DNA of 64,000 bases from an uncultured Gammaproteobacteria bacterium (GCA_963827755.1 CAWHCQ010000004.1:110109-174108); one strand, 5' to 3'. Positions 40,670 through 50,290 are shown, counted from the first letter of the stretch. Numbers and translations are program-made. Notes: generated from the letters alone by a model not told the origin.

Positions 40670-42835
40670 ATGACACCTACGTCAACAATGTATTTCACCC
40701 TCATCATTTCCATAATCATCGTAGTGCTGCTGTTCTATTTTCTTAGCAAGCCGACCACAAAAAATGTAGCGACAGCACCGTCCATACTGACCGGTATCGG
40801 TATCTTCGGAACATTTCTGGGTGTTGCCATCGGCTTAATGCATTTTGATGCCAGTGACGTCATAGCGGGGGTGCCGATATTCCTCAGCGGCATCAAGCTG
40901 GCATTCTGGTCATCGGTCGTCGGTATCGGAGCCTCTTTGATTCACAAGGCCACGTTTACCATTAAACCCCTGCAGGAAGAATATATACAGGATGAAATGG
41001 GAGTCAGTACCGTGTCGTCCTTGAAGGAAATTACCCAGTCACTGAACAATATCGAAAAGCAGAATGCGAAAGACGGCCTGGGTGAGTTTCTGCAATCATT
41101 TGGCGAGAAGCTGGAGGCCGGTTTATTACCTCCCGCCCGTGAAGAACAAAATTTCATATCGGTTGATGACATTAAAGTGGATGAAGCCGTTCTGATCGCG
41201 TTGCAGAACCTGAAAGAAGAACTGGCCAAAAACTCGGCCGATGAACAGAGCATTATAAAAGACCAGATGCAGCGCTTGCTGGACGAGCTGAAAGAAGACG
41301 CTGTTGCAGGGGGCAGGCAATCGGAAAGTTTACTGGAAGCATTAACGAGCCTGAAAGAAACCAATCAAGCCGAAGATGAAGCCGTGGCACTGGCGTTGAG
41401 TGAGTTGAAAGACGAACTGGCCAAAAACGCGGCAATGCAGTCCGACAGCCTGGTAGACGCGTTGGCGGGCCTCAAAGAAACCAATAAAGCTGAAGAAGCG
41501 GCCACTATCCTTGTATTGAATGAACTGAAAGACGAGCTGGCCAAAAACTCGGCGATGCAGTCCGACAACATGGTAGAAGCGTTGGCGGGCCTCAAAGAAA
41601 CCAATAAAGCTGAAGAATCGGCCACTATCCATGTATTGAATGAATTGAAAGACGAGCTGGCCAAAAACTCGGCGATGCAGTCCGACAGCCTGGTAGACGC
41701 GTTGGCGGGCCTTAAAGAGACCAATCGTGCTGAAGATGAAACGGTTGTCGGAGCAGTAAGGGAGTTAAATGAAGAACTGGCCAAAAACTCGGCAAAGCTG
41801 TCAGAAAATATGCTCCAGACATTTGCGGGGCTTAGAGATAGCAACCGGGCTGAAGATGAAGCCATTGTCCTGGCATTGAAGGAGTTGAATGATGAGCTGG
41901 CCAGGAACTCGGCAAACCTGTCAGAAAATATTCTACAGGCATTCGGGGGTCTGAAAGAAGACATCGGGGCTGGATCGGCAAAGGATCGCGAGGTATCCAA
42001 AGAACAGATGGAAGCCCTGTTTGCCGGGCTGACGAAGGCGGCGGCAAGTACCCTCACCGATTTATCCGACATTGCCGAAAATGCAATTTCCCAGGCAAAG
42101 TGGCAGGCTGCCAACCTGGCCAAGGAACTGTCAACGGCAAATGATACTTCCACCAAGTCGATGATAGCCATGCTCAAGGAAATTCTCGGGGCCACGGAAG
42201 ATGCCAACTTTAAAATTACATCCGAACTGGCCAAGCTCAGGGGCGATGTAGCGGCCGACCTCAAGGTCACTACTGATCAGTCCAAGGCGCTGGCCGAGCA
42301 GCTCCATGCAATGACCGAGTCCTACAAGGCATCGCTCATCTCGACAGTAACGGACCTGAAGGCGCAGATATCCAAGGATATGAAGGCCAACTATAACCTG
42401 ATCGACACCTACACCAGGGCCGTGGCGGATGTTACCGGTACTAACCAGGTCGAAGCACTGGAGCGTATGGAGGGGATTGCAAATATCATGCAAAACGTCG
42501 TGCAGTCATCGTCGGACATGTCCACTTTGCTGCATGATAATGCTGCGGCGATGGATCGCATGCAGGAGGCCTTTACCGGTACAAATGAAGGGTCATTGGG
42601 GCGTTTCCTGCTCAACATGAATCAGGACCTGATTGACCATGTCACTTCATTGCAGCATTCACTGGATGCACAGGGCTCCCTCGGTACCTTGATGCAGGAT
42701 ATGAACAATGAAACCAATCTCCGCCTGAAAGCAATGGAAAAGGCATTCGAAGGCTCGGTATTCGAAATCAAGCAGTTGCCGCAACAATTCGTGAAAGGCA
42801 TGTCCAAGCTCGAGTCGAGCGGCAGGAATATTTAA
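40670..42835 (+). CDS. zorA: ZorA-like MotA/TolQ/ExbB protein with long repetitive helical tail
   Basis: Three TMs with APSILTGIGIFGTFLG and GIKLAFWSS..G, then ~620 aa of acidic helical tail. Confidence 0.75.
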   Translation: MTPTSTMYFTLIISIIIVVLLFYFLSKPTTKNVATAPSILTGIGIFGTFLGVAIGLMHFDASDVIAGVPIFLSGIKLAFWSSVVGIGASLIHKATFTIKPLQEEYIQDEMGVSTVSSLKEITQSLNNIEKQNAKDGLGEFLQSFGEKLEAGLLPPAREEQNFISVDDIKVDEAVLIALQNLKEELAKNSADEQSIIKDQMQRLLDELKEDAVAGGRQSESLLEALTSLKETNQAEDEAVALALSELKDELAKNAAMQSDSLVDALAGLKETNKAEEAATILVLNELKDELAKNSAMQSDNMVEALAGLKETNKAEESATIHVLNELKDELAKNSAMQSDSLVDALAGLKETNRAEDETVVGAVRELNEELAKNSAKLSENMLQTFAGLRDSNRAEDEAIVLALKELNDELARNSANLSENILQAFGGLKEDIGAGSAKDREVSKEQMEALFAGLTKAAASTLTDLSDIAENAISQAKWQAANLAKELSTANDTSTKSMIAMLKEILGATEDANFKITSELAKLRGDVAADLKVTTDQSKALAEQLHAMTESYKASLISTVTDLKAQISKDMKANYNLIDTYTRAVADVTGTNQVEALERMEGIANIMQNVVQSSSDMSTLLHDNAAAMDRMQEAFTGTNEGSLGRFLLNMNQDLIDHVTSLQHSLDAQGSLGTLMQDMNNETNLRLKAMEKAFEGSVFEIKQLPQQFVKGMSKLESSGRNI
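41321..41960 (+). repeat. 120-bp (40-aa) tandem repeat within zorA, about 5.3 units
   Basis: Units aligned at 41401, 41521, 41641, 41761 and 41881; consensus ELKDELAKNSAMQSDSLVDALAGLKETNKAEEAATILVLN. Confidence 0.95.
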
Positions 42836-43801
42836 ATGTCTACACTGGTGGCAGGAAAAAACAGGCCCCCTGCAGGACAGGGAGACGATGACTGGATCTC
42901 GGTCAGTGACTTGATGAGTGCACTGATGATGATATTTTTGTTGCTGGCCGTGTTTTACATGATGTACCTGGACGAGGCGAATAAACTGCAGAGAATTGAT
43001 GATGAGGACTATATTGCCAAAACAGTCGGCCTGGAAACCAAGCTGGCGAGTGTTGAATCAAGGGTAGCCGAGCAGGCAAGGCTTTTACTCGAGCTCGACA
43101 GTAAAAATGCTGAAAAGGATAAACTTCTTTCAGAAGCGACCAATCAACTGGCGTTAATTCAAAAAGACAATGAATTAAAGCTCAGTAAATTCGATGCGGT
43201 GATCTCTGAAGCCGTGATTTATGAGGATGTTATCAAGGAGCTGCGTCAGAGCCTGCTAGGGGAGTTCAGTCAGGATCTGGATAAATGGAATGCTGAATTG
43301 CGTGATGACCTGACATTCAGATTTAATGAACCAAGGACCTTGTTTACTATTGGTGATGCGACACTCAGACCCAGGTTCAAGCGTATTCTGGATGATTTCT
43401 TCCCGCGTTATCTCAAGGTCATTACCTCTGATCAATTCCGTAACGATATCGCTGAGGTACGTATCGAAGGTCACACCTCCAGCGTCTGGGGTGACTTGCC
43501 GCCCTATGGCCAGGAGGCCTATTTCAAGAATATGGAACTGTCACAGAACAGGTCGAGAAACACCCTCTATTATGTCACCGCGCTGCCGGAGGCAGAGCGC
43601 CATGCCGAATGGCTGAAATCAAAGTTAACAGCGAATGGCCTGTCGTCCTCAAAGCTCGTCGACAAAAACGGGTATTTTATAACCGACCACCGAAGTGATG
43701 GCGTCGAAAGCCTGAGAAATTCCCAACGCTCTGAATTCAGGGTAAGGATTGACGCAGAGTCAAAAATCACCAAGATCATTGATTCGGGGAAAACTCAATA
43801 G
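42836..43801 (+). CDS. zorB: ZorB-like OmpA/MotB protein
   Basis: WISVSDLMSALMMIFLL (conserved Asp), coiled linker, OmpA-like EVRIEGHTSS...NMELSQNRS. ATG directly follows the zorA stop. Confidence 0.8.
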   Translation: MSTLVAGKNRPPAGQGDDDWISVSDLMSALMMIFLLLAVFYMMYLDEANKLQRIDDEDYIAKTVGLETKLASVESRVAEQARLLLELDSKNAEKDKLLSEATNQLALIQKDNELKLSKFDAVISEAVIYEDVIKELRQSLLGEFSQDLDKWNAELRDDLTFRFNEPRTLFTIGDATLRPRFKRILDDFFPRYLKVITSDQFRNDIAEVRIEGHTSSVWGDLPPYGQEAYFKNMELSQNRSRNTLYYVTALPEAERHAEWLKSKLTANGLSSSKLVDKNGYFITDHRSDGVESLRNSQRSEFRVRIDAESKITKIIDSGKTQ

Positions 43802-44138
43802 CAAGACCGGGTTCAGAACACAGCTTCAATACCCGCAGGAAGAATCTCCCGGCCTGGCATTCACGCAGGAATCGCACGCGCAGTCGTATTTCATTGCTCC
43901 GCTGGCGAACACTGATTGCCGCCGTCCACAATGTATCCGTAAAACCGGTGTAAAACCCCTCGGGAAATGTTATGCAGACAGCCGGCTATTGCGCAGGACG
44001 AATTCCTGTTCGATACTGCACCCAACGCGACCGGCACCTGCAGCAGTATCCGCCAGGAGGTGCCGGCATTGCCCTGGACTTCGACAAGCCACGGGCCCGG
44101 CAACCACCTGCCGGGGCCGGGAATCAAGGAAAGTACCG

Positions 44139-44318
44139 ATGCAGATCTACAAGGATATATTCCGCGGTATGCTTGCCGGCCTGCTCGCGACCTGCCTTCT
44201 TTCCCTGCTGACGCTGAGCAGCGGCCTGGTCCCGCAATTTGACCTTGTAACCCTCTCCGGGCACCTGGTCTATGGCCTGGCACCGGGGGTTATCTACCGC
44301 TGGCTGGCTCCGCGATAA
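44139..44318 (+). pseudogene. Short membrane ORF, probably an internally deleted DUF6789-like protein
   Basis: RGMLAGLLATCLLS...VPQFDLVTL joins directly to SGHLVYG..GVIY, resembling the two ends of a longer family; RBS AAGGA. Confidence 0.45.
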
Positions 44319-44323
44319 CAGTC

Positions 44324-45175
44324 ATGGATTTTCGTGATGCTCCGGAACGAATGCAATGCATGGAGGTCTGGGGCGGCAACCAGGGTGTTGAGCGAAGTTT
44401 CCAGACCGCCGGGCTGGACATCAGGGTATACAGTCGTCCGTATGGACAGGCCGCTTGCGGTGGTGATGTCTACTATCTTTCCTCCTGCGCCTCGGGACGT
44501 ATTACGCGAATGCTGCTTGCCGATGTAAGCGGCCACGGTGAGGTGGTATCGCAGCTGGCTGGAGGCTTGCGCGACCTCATGCGGCGAAACATCAATTTCG
44601 TAAAACAGGACCGTTTTGTGAGGGCGATGAATCTGCAGTTTACGGAATATGCAGATAAAGGTTGTTTTGCGACGACACTCGTCAGTACATTTTTCGCACC
44701 TACAAGGAGTTTTACCCTCTGCAACGCAGGACACCCGCCGCCACTGGTGTTTCGACAGGTCGACTCACAATGGTCGGAATTAACGCGCGAGCTGGAAGAA
44801 ACAAATGAGGTGACGGATATACCGTTTGGAATCATGAATGAAGTCTGTTACAGCCACAATGAGCTGCGACTCCGGCCGGGTGACATGGTGCTTAGCTACA
44901 GTGACGCCATAATAGAGTCTACAGGCGCAGATGGTCGGCAACTTCACCAGGAGGGTGTACTGGATCTGGTTCGTGAACTCGACCTGCAAGAGCCTGAAAA
45001 GATCATTCCGGCGCTGGTTGAAAGTATCACGGGTTTATCAAATGATAACCTCAAGCAGGATGATGTAACGATTATGTTATGCCAGGCGACCGGTGGTGGC
45101 CCTGTGCTCAAAAACAGCCTGCTTGCGCCGTTCCGGATTTTCGGCAAGGTAACGGATCAAACGAAGATTGGCTGA
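44324..45175 (+). CDS. Stand-alone PP2C/SpoIIE (RsbU-like) phosphatase
   Basis: GGDVY, LADVSGHG, CNAGHPPPL, YSDAIIE, DDVT. Confidence 0.9.
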   Translation: MDFRDAPERMQCMEVWGGNQGVERSFQTAGLDIRVYSRPYGQAACGGDVYYLSSCASGRITRMLLADVSGHGEVVSQLAGGLRDLMRRNINFVKQDRFVRAMNLQFTEYADKGCFATTLVSTFFAPTRSFTLCNAGHPPPLVFRQVDSQWSELTRELEETNEVTDIPFGIMNEVCYSHNELRLRPGDMVLSYSDAIIESTGADGRQLHQEGVLDLVRELDLQEPEKIIPALVESITGLSNDNLKQDDVTIMLCQATGGGPVLKNSLLAPFRIFGKVTDQTKIG

Positions 45176-45283
45176 CCGGGGCTTGCATCGATTGCTGTGA
45201 GCACGCTGTATAAACAGCAACATGTGGCACCCATGTTCCATGATTCTACAGGCAGGTAAACATTCGCGAAAAGGTGGCAAATC

Positions 45284-45400
45284 ATGTACCGGCTTTTCGG
45301 CGGGTGGGGCATGCGTGGAATTGGCGCGTTTGATTTCAATGTGCTAATCGAGAAACAACTGAAGGACAAGTATGGCGAAGAAGAGGAGGGTATTCATTAG
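45284..45400 (+). pseudogene. Internally deleted, truncated BLUF paralogue (38-codon mini-ORF, not in the ORF track)
   Basis: MYRLFGGWGMRGIGAFDFNVLIEKQLKDKYGEEEEGIH*; 31/36 aa identical to the matching segment of the BLUF protein at 59424-59861. Confidence 0.85.
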
Positions 45401-45429
45401 ACGTCGCGTCGATCAACTGCTCGAGCAGT

Positions 45430-46251
45430 TCAGATGCTGTCCGACGCCTGTTCCGTGGTGTGTTTGTTCGAGCCGCTGATGCCGCGTTCCTCCAGTGCCT
45501 CGATGAATCGTTCGGTGATGTCACTGGACAACAAGCGCTCCAGGCGTACATCGACGACATAGGCCTTGATTGTCAGGCGCAGCAGGAAGTTGTAGTCGTA
45601 ACGCGACTCGACGGTAACGCTGACCGGTTTCTTCAGGAAGGTATACGGTGAAGCGATGGCGGCTTCCCTGGCCAGCGAGCGGGCTTCCTGTATGGCTATA
45701 CTGCGCGGCAAGTCGATGTTGACCACCACCATTTCCGACAGTTCACCGCTGTTCGCGTTGGCAACCGCGTTTTCCAGCACCGCCGAGTTCGGCACCATGA
45801 TGACACTGTCGTCGAGCGTGTGCAGCCAGGTCACGCTGAGATCCATTCGGGTCACCTCGCCGTAGTGGCCCCCGAAGTGCACCATGTCCCCGACCCGGAA
45901 CGGAGGGTTGAATATCATCATCACTCCGGCGAGCAGGTTGCGCACACCGCCCTGCGCTGCGAGACCGACAGCCAGGCCCAGGGAGCCGAGTACGGCAAAC
46001 ACGATTGTCTGCGGAGGTTTTATTACGCCGAAAATGATGTAGGCAATGACCAGGGACCAGATGAAAATGCGCAGTACCGGGTACATCTGTCCCATTTGCA
46101 GGCGATAGCGCGGAAAGCGCTTTATAAGCTGCTGCAGGCCTGCGTGAAGAACGCGCAATAACAGCCAGGCGAAGCCGATGACCAGGGCGCTCTGCAGCAA
46201 CAGCGAAAACGAGAACAGTTCGGCAAGCTCGGCGAGGATATCTTCCTTCAT
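45430..46251 (-). CDS. MscS family mechanosensitive channel
   Basis: GLAVGLAAQ..VRNLLAG, PFRVGD, IMVPNS. Confidence 0.9.
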   Translation of the reverse strand: MKEDILAELAELFSFSLLLQSALVIGFAWLLLRVLHAGLQQLIKRFPRYRLQMGQMYPVLRIFIWSLVIAYIIFGVIKPPQTIVFAVLGSLGLAVGLAAQGGVRNLLAGVMMIFNPPFRVGDMVHFGGHYGEVTRMDLSVTWLHTLDDSVIMVPNSAVLENAVANANSGELSEMVVVNIDLPRSIAIQEARSLAREAAIASPYTFLKKPVSVTVESRYDYNFLLRLTIKAYVVDVRLERLLSSDITERFIEALEERGISGSNKHTTEQASDSI

Positions 46252-46260
46252 GCCCGTCTC

Positions 46261-47487
46261 CTAGTACAGATAGTTCGCGTTGTTCAGGAATCGCGTAATC
46301 ACGTCGGAATACACCGGCACCAGGTGGTAGGCCGGTTCAGCCCCTGTGCCGTTCCTGTCGAGCAGGCACTGGTGGTAGAGACGTTCCAGCAGCAGCCAGC
46401 TTTCCTCGCGGCTGCAACGAAATACGGCGCGATGGTCATCGACGCTCAGCTGGCCGTGTGCCGCCACCTCGGCAAGGGTAAACAGTTCCTCGCTGATCAG
46501 CTGCTTGAGCAGGCTGAAGTCCAGTTCGACAAGGGGCTGTATATCCCACAGCTTGTGTTCATCGATCACGAGGGAGCCAAGCAAATAGAAAAATGCAAAA
46601 TCCGGTTTGCCGTTACTGAGTCTGTGGAGTGTGGTCAATTGACGTGCAAGCGCGGGCAGGCTCTGCGGGTGATCAGTCGACGTTCCGGTGTCCGGCGTGA
46701 TGCCGGATGCCTGCAGGCGTGCCGTCAGGCACTGCCCGAGTTCGGCCTCGCTGAACAGGGGCAGCTCGATTTGCCCGGAGAAAAAGCGGTCGGCACGGTA
46801 GACATAGGCCAGGCGACGCCAGGCGTATTGCTCGCAGCCCAGCACCCAGAAATGGCGTTGCTGGGTCGCGACCATGACGGCACCGAAAACACGTATCGCC
46901 TCGTTGGCCCCCATGATACGGCAGGCCAGGAAGTGGCCGTTATCGATCGCAATGATGCTCGGTGTCATGCCGTTGAGGTATTCAAGCAGTTGCTCAACCG
47001 AATCAACCGGCTGCTCGCAGCCGACGATTGCGCAGAGTTGCGCCAGGGTATCGTTGATGTCATATGGCCGGTGTGTCAGCTCGCCGTAACGCCAGGCTTC
47101 ATGGTCACCGACTTGTGTGGCCAGTTGCTGCAGGAAAGTAGTGATGCCACTGCCCTGGGGGCCGGTGACGGCGACCATGGAGCCGTGCCCGGTGCGCCAC
47201 GTGCCGAGTGCTGCCAGCAACCGGTCTGACTGTTGCTTGCGTTCGACAAGACGTGCGTCACCTGCTGCCAGCGGTTCGACCGGGAAGGCCTGCAGCAGTG
47301 CTTGCGGCAACGCCATGTCCGCGTAGCGTTGCGCCCGGCGCACGGCCTGGGCAAGGCACAGGTCGATGTTCACCCTGATCGATTCGGCAGGCTCGTCCGG
47401 CCGGCCTCCGAGAAGCCGGAATACCCATCGAGACAGGCGGGAGAATGGTGCAGAAGCCAGGAAAGTTGTTTGCGTGGTATTTTTCAT
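46261..47487 (-). CDS. P-loop/AAA-like protein with degenerate Walker A, upstream of MscS; possibly N-terminally truncated
   Basis: VAVTGPQGSGITT, IIAIDNGH, winged-helix-like C-terminus. Confidence 0.6.
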   Translation of the reverse strand: MKNTTQTTFLASAPFSRLSRWVFRLLGGRPDEPAESIRVNIDLCLAQAVRRAQRYADMALPQALLQAFPVEPLAAGDARLVERKQQSDRLLAALGTWRTGHGSMVAVTGPQGSGITTFLQQLATQVGDHEAWRYGELTHRPYDINDTLAQLCAIVGCEQPVDSVEQLLEYLNGMTPSIIAIDNGHFLACRIMGANEAIRVFGAVMVATQQRHFWVLGCEQYAWRRLAYVYRADRFFSGQIELPLFSEAELGQCLTARLQASGITPDTGTSTDHPQSLPALARQLTTLHRLSNGKPDFAFFYLLGSLVIDEHKLWDIQPLVELDFSLLKQLISEELFTLAEVAAHGQLSVDDHRAVFRCSREESWLLLERLYHQCLLDRNGTGAEPAYHLVPVYSDVITRFLNNANYLY

Positions 47488-47596
47488 CTTCTGCCTGATG
47501 ATCGCATTATCCCGGCGACAGTGCCAACACGGCAATGCTGAAGCAGAATACCGGCGGGAAACGAAGGAGCGAACCCGCGAGCCGGTAACTCATTGA

Positions 47597-49489
47597 CTAA
47601 ACATCAGTCCGGCCTGTGATAGCGCCAGGGACCTGGTTTCCCTCTTCCATCTCCATCTCCAGCTCCAGCCAATTCTCCTCCAGCTCTGCCACTTTTGCTT
47701 CCAGCCTTACATGCTCCATGTTCAGTTCACTGATCTTGTCGCGGTCGGGACTGGCGTAGGTAGCGGGGTCGGCTAGTTGCTCGCTGACTACAGCGAGTGC
47801 TGCCTGTGTGCTGGCCAGTTCGGTTTCGAGTTTGTTCTGCCTGGACTGCAACGCTTTCCGGTTGGGCCCGGGTCCGCTTTGCGTGCGCGGTTTTTCCTGC
47901 CGTGCCTGGGTGGCGGCTTCGCGCGGGCGACGGGTTTCGATCCAGCTCTTGTAGTCTTCCAGATCGCCATCGAACAGTTTGGCTTCACCATCGGCGACCA
48001 GCCATAGTTCGTCGGCCACGGCGCGGATCAGGCTGCGGTCGTGCGACACGATCACCACAGCACCCGTGTATTCCTCCAGCGCGATGGTGAGTGCATCGCG
48101 CATGTCCAGGTCGAGGTGGTTGGTGGGTTCGTCAAGCAGCAGCAGGTGCGGTTTCTGCCAGGCCAGCAGGGCGAGTGCAAGACGGCTTTTCTCACCACCC
48201 GAGAAACTCGCCACCGGACGGTCTTCACTGTCTCCGGCCAGACCGAAACGGCCGAGGAAGTTGCGCAGCGCCAGCGTGGTCTCCCCGGGCGCCAGGCGTT
48301 CCATGTGTTGGAGTGGCGTAGCTGCGATGTCGAGATTTTCCAGCTGATGCTGGGCGAAGTAGCCGATACGAATGTCGGGGGTGATCTCCAGCGTGCCCGA
48401 GGTGGGCTGCAAGGCTCCCGCCAGCAGTTTGATCAGCGTCGATTTGCCCGCGCCGTTGGGGCCGAGCAGGGCGATGCGCGCACCGGCACGCAGCACCAGT
48501 TTGATATTCCTGAACAGCATTTTGTCGCCATAGGCGAAGCCCATCTTTTCAGCGCGCATCAACAGGTCCGGGCTGCGTTCCGGTGCTTCGATCTCCAGTT
48601 CAAAATAACCGTCGGTGACATGCACGGCGGCTATGCGTGTAATTCGATCCAGCGCCTTGATGCGGCTTTGCGCCTGTTTGGCCTTGGTGGCTTTGGCCCG
48701 GAAACGACGCACGAAGTTTTCCAGGTGTGCGATCTTTTCCTGCTGTTTGTTGAACGCCTGATTCTGCAGCGCGATCTTTTCTGTGCGGCTGCGCTCGAAG
48801 TCGTCGTAATCGCCGGTGTAGCAGTCCAGGGTTTTATCGTGCAGATGGGCGATGCGATTGACACAGGCATTGAGGAATTCGCGGTCGTGAGAAACCAGCA
48901 GGATGCTGCCGGGATAGCGCGCCAGGTATTGTTCGAGCCAGAGAATGGCTTCGAGATCGAGATGGTTGGTGGGTTCGTCCAGCAGCAACAGATCGGCGCG
49001 ATGCATCAGTGCACGCGCCAGATTCAAACGCATGCGCCAGCCGCCGGAGAAGCTGGTAACCGGACGGGTCAGGGTGTCGTTGGCAAAGCCAAGCCCGTTC
49101 AGCAGTTGCGCGGCACGTGCCCTGGAACCATAGCCATCGATGTCCTCAAAACGGTGCTGCGCATCGAACCATTCAGTATCGTGGTTTTCGTGCGCCAGCG
49201 TTTTCTCCAGTAGACGCAGTTCGGCATCACCGTCGAGTACGAACTCCAGCGCGGGCTGATCGGAGTTGACGATCTCCTGTTCGACGAACCCGATGGTCTT
49301 TCCGGTCTGAATGGAAACCTCGCCGTCATCCGGCCTGATTACGCCGCGTATCAGGCGGAACAGCGTGGACTTGCCGCTGCCGTTCTTGCCGACCAGACCG
49401 ATGCGCTGGTTGGTATACGCCTGCAAGTTCACATTCCGGAGCAGCGGGATGCCGCCTTGCAGGTAAGACAGGTTCTGGATATTGAGCAT
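47597..49489 (-). CDS. ABC-F family ATPase (YheS-like)
   Basis: Two ABC domains (GKNGSGKS, FSGGWRMR, DEPTNHLD twice), FRAKATKAKQAQSR linker, no TMs. Confidence 0.92.
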   Translation of the reverse strand: MLNIQNLSYLQGGIPLLRNVNLQAYTNQRIGLVGKNGSGKSTLFRLIRGVIRPDDGEVSIQTGKTIGFVEQEIVNSDQPALEFVLDGDAELRLLEKTLAHENHDTEWFDAQHRFEDIDGYGSRARAAQLLNGLGFANDTLTRPVTSFSGGWRMRLNLARALMHRADLLLLDEPTNHLDLEAILWLEQYLARYPGSILLVSHDREFLNACVNRIAHLHDKTLDCYTGDYDDFERSRTEKIALQNQAFNKQQEKIAHLENFVRRFRAKATKAKQAQSRIKALDRITRIAAVHVTDGYFELEIEAPERSPDLLMRAEKMGFAYGDKMLFRNIKLVLRAGARIALLGPNGAGKSTLIKLLAGALQPTSGTLEITPDIRIGYFAQHQLENLDIAATPLQHMERLAPGETTLALRNFLGRFGLAGDSEDRPVASFSGGEKSRLALALLAWQKPHLLLLDEPTNHLDLDMRDALTIALEEYTGAVVIVSHDRSLIRAVADELWLVADGEAKLFDGDLEDYKSWIETRRPREAATQARQEKPRTQSGPGPNRKALQSRQNKLETELASTQAALAVVSEQLADPATYASPDRDKISELNMEHVRLEAKVAELEENWLELEMEMEEGNQVPGAITGRTDV

Positions 49490-49768
49490 GGACGCGATGA
49501 TAACAGACCGATAAAAGTGACGATGCTATTGTCAAAGTAATCGCAAAGAAGAGAAAATATGGAGCAAAATACATATGGAAACACCGATCTATTCGTCATT
49601 GCGACGACAGCATGTATGCAGGAGATAGAGTATCTGCAGCAGGTGCCCAAGGACAGTAAGTTGCGCTCCCGAATTGTCCGAAAGTTGCCAAATTTACCTG
49701 CTCATTCCCGCCCCCGGGTCTTTGCCGCAAGCGGTATCGAAAAGATACCGCCCGCGGCAAGGATTAAA

Positions 49769-50290
49769 TTACCAGCGCTTGCCGGAACCTTTTCCATGAC
49801 CACGGTCCTGGCGTAGCCCGGAGAACTTTTCGCGCTGCGCAACGCTCAGCTGGGCACGGATGTCGGCAGTGGTTTTGGCATGCAGCAGCATCAGTTCGGC
49901 CATGTTGTCGGCCTGGATTTCTGCAAGCCTGCGCGCTTCCTGCTCGTTGAACTCCTCTGCCTCCATCAGGTCGTGCAGGGCCAGGCGGTTATCGTCAAGC
50001 ATGTCGCGATGGGCGCGTCGTGCAGTGCGTGCATTCTTCATGATTTCACGTATCGCAGTGCGCTGTTCCTTGCTGAGATCGAGGCTTTTCTCGAGCCGCA
50101 TGATGGCCCTGTATCCCTTGCCTGCATGACCGAAGCCGCCCTTGCTGCCGTGACCGTGCATTCTGCCCTGCATGTTGTGTTTGTCGCAGCGGCTGGAACC
50201 GTCGTCATGGCGGGCCATGCTGGTCCCTGCAATCGTCAGGCCGCCGATGGCGAGGGTGCTGATTAAAAGTGTAGTGGTAAGTTTATTCAT
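49769..50290 (-). CDS. Spy/CpxP family periplasmic chaperone
   Basis: Signal peptide, His/Gly-rich region, two LTxxQ-like motifs (LSKEQ, LSVAQ). Confidence 0.88.
   Translation of the reverse strand: MNKLTTTLLISTLAIGGLTIAGTSMARHDDGSSRCDKHNMQGRMHGHGSKGGFGHAGKGYRAIMRLEKSLDLSKEQRTAIREIMKNARTARRAHRDMLDDNRLALHDLMEAEEFNEQEARRLAEIQADNMAELMLLHAKTTADIRAQLSVAQREKFSGLRQDRGHGKGSGKRW

Noticed and set aside
41321-41960. Non-coding repeat array
   Set aside because: The repeats are contiguous, in frame and spacer-less, inside an ORF.
40670-43801. Flagellar motAB or tolQR/exbBD
   Set aside because: The very long tail, the ZorB-type motifs and the absence of flagellar or tonB/tolA neighbours argue against this.
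43939-43954. CpxR-like GTAAA-N6-GTAAA
   Set aside because: The spacer is 6 rather than 5 nt and the site is isolated.
43749-44138. Zorya effector (ZorE) directly after zorB
   Set aside because: No frame shows HNH or other recognisable motifs; only the part from 44139 looks coding.
45226-45240. sigma54 promoter before the BLUF relic (TGGCAC-N5-TTCC)
   Set aside because: The invariant -12 GC is missing.
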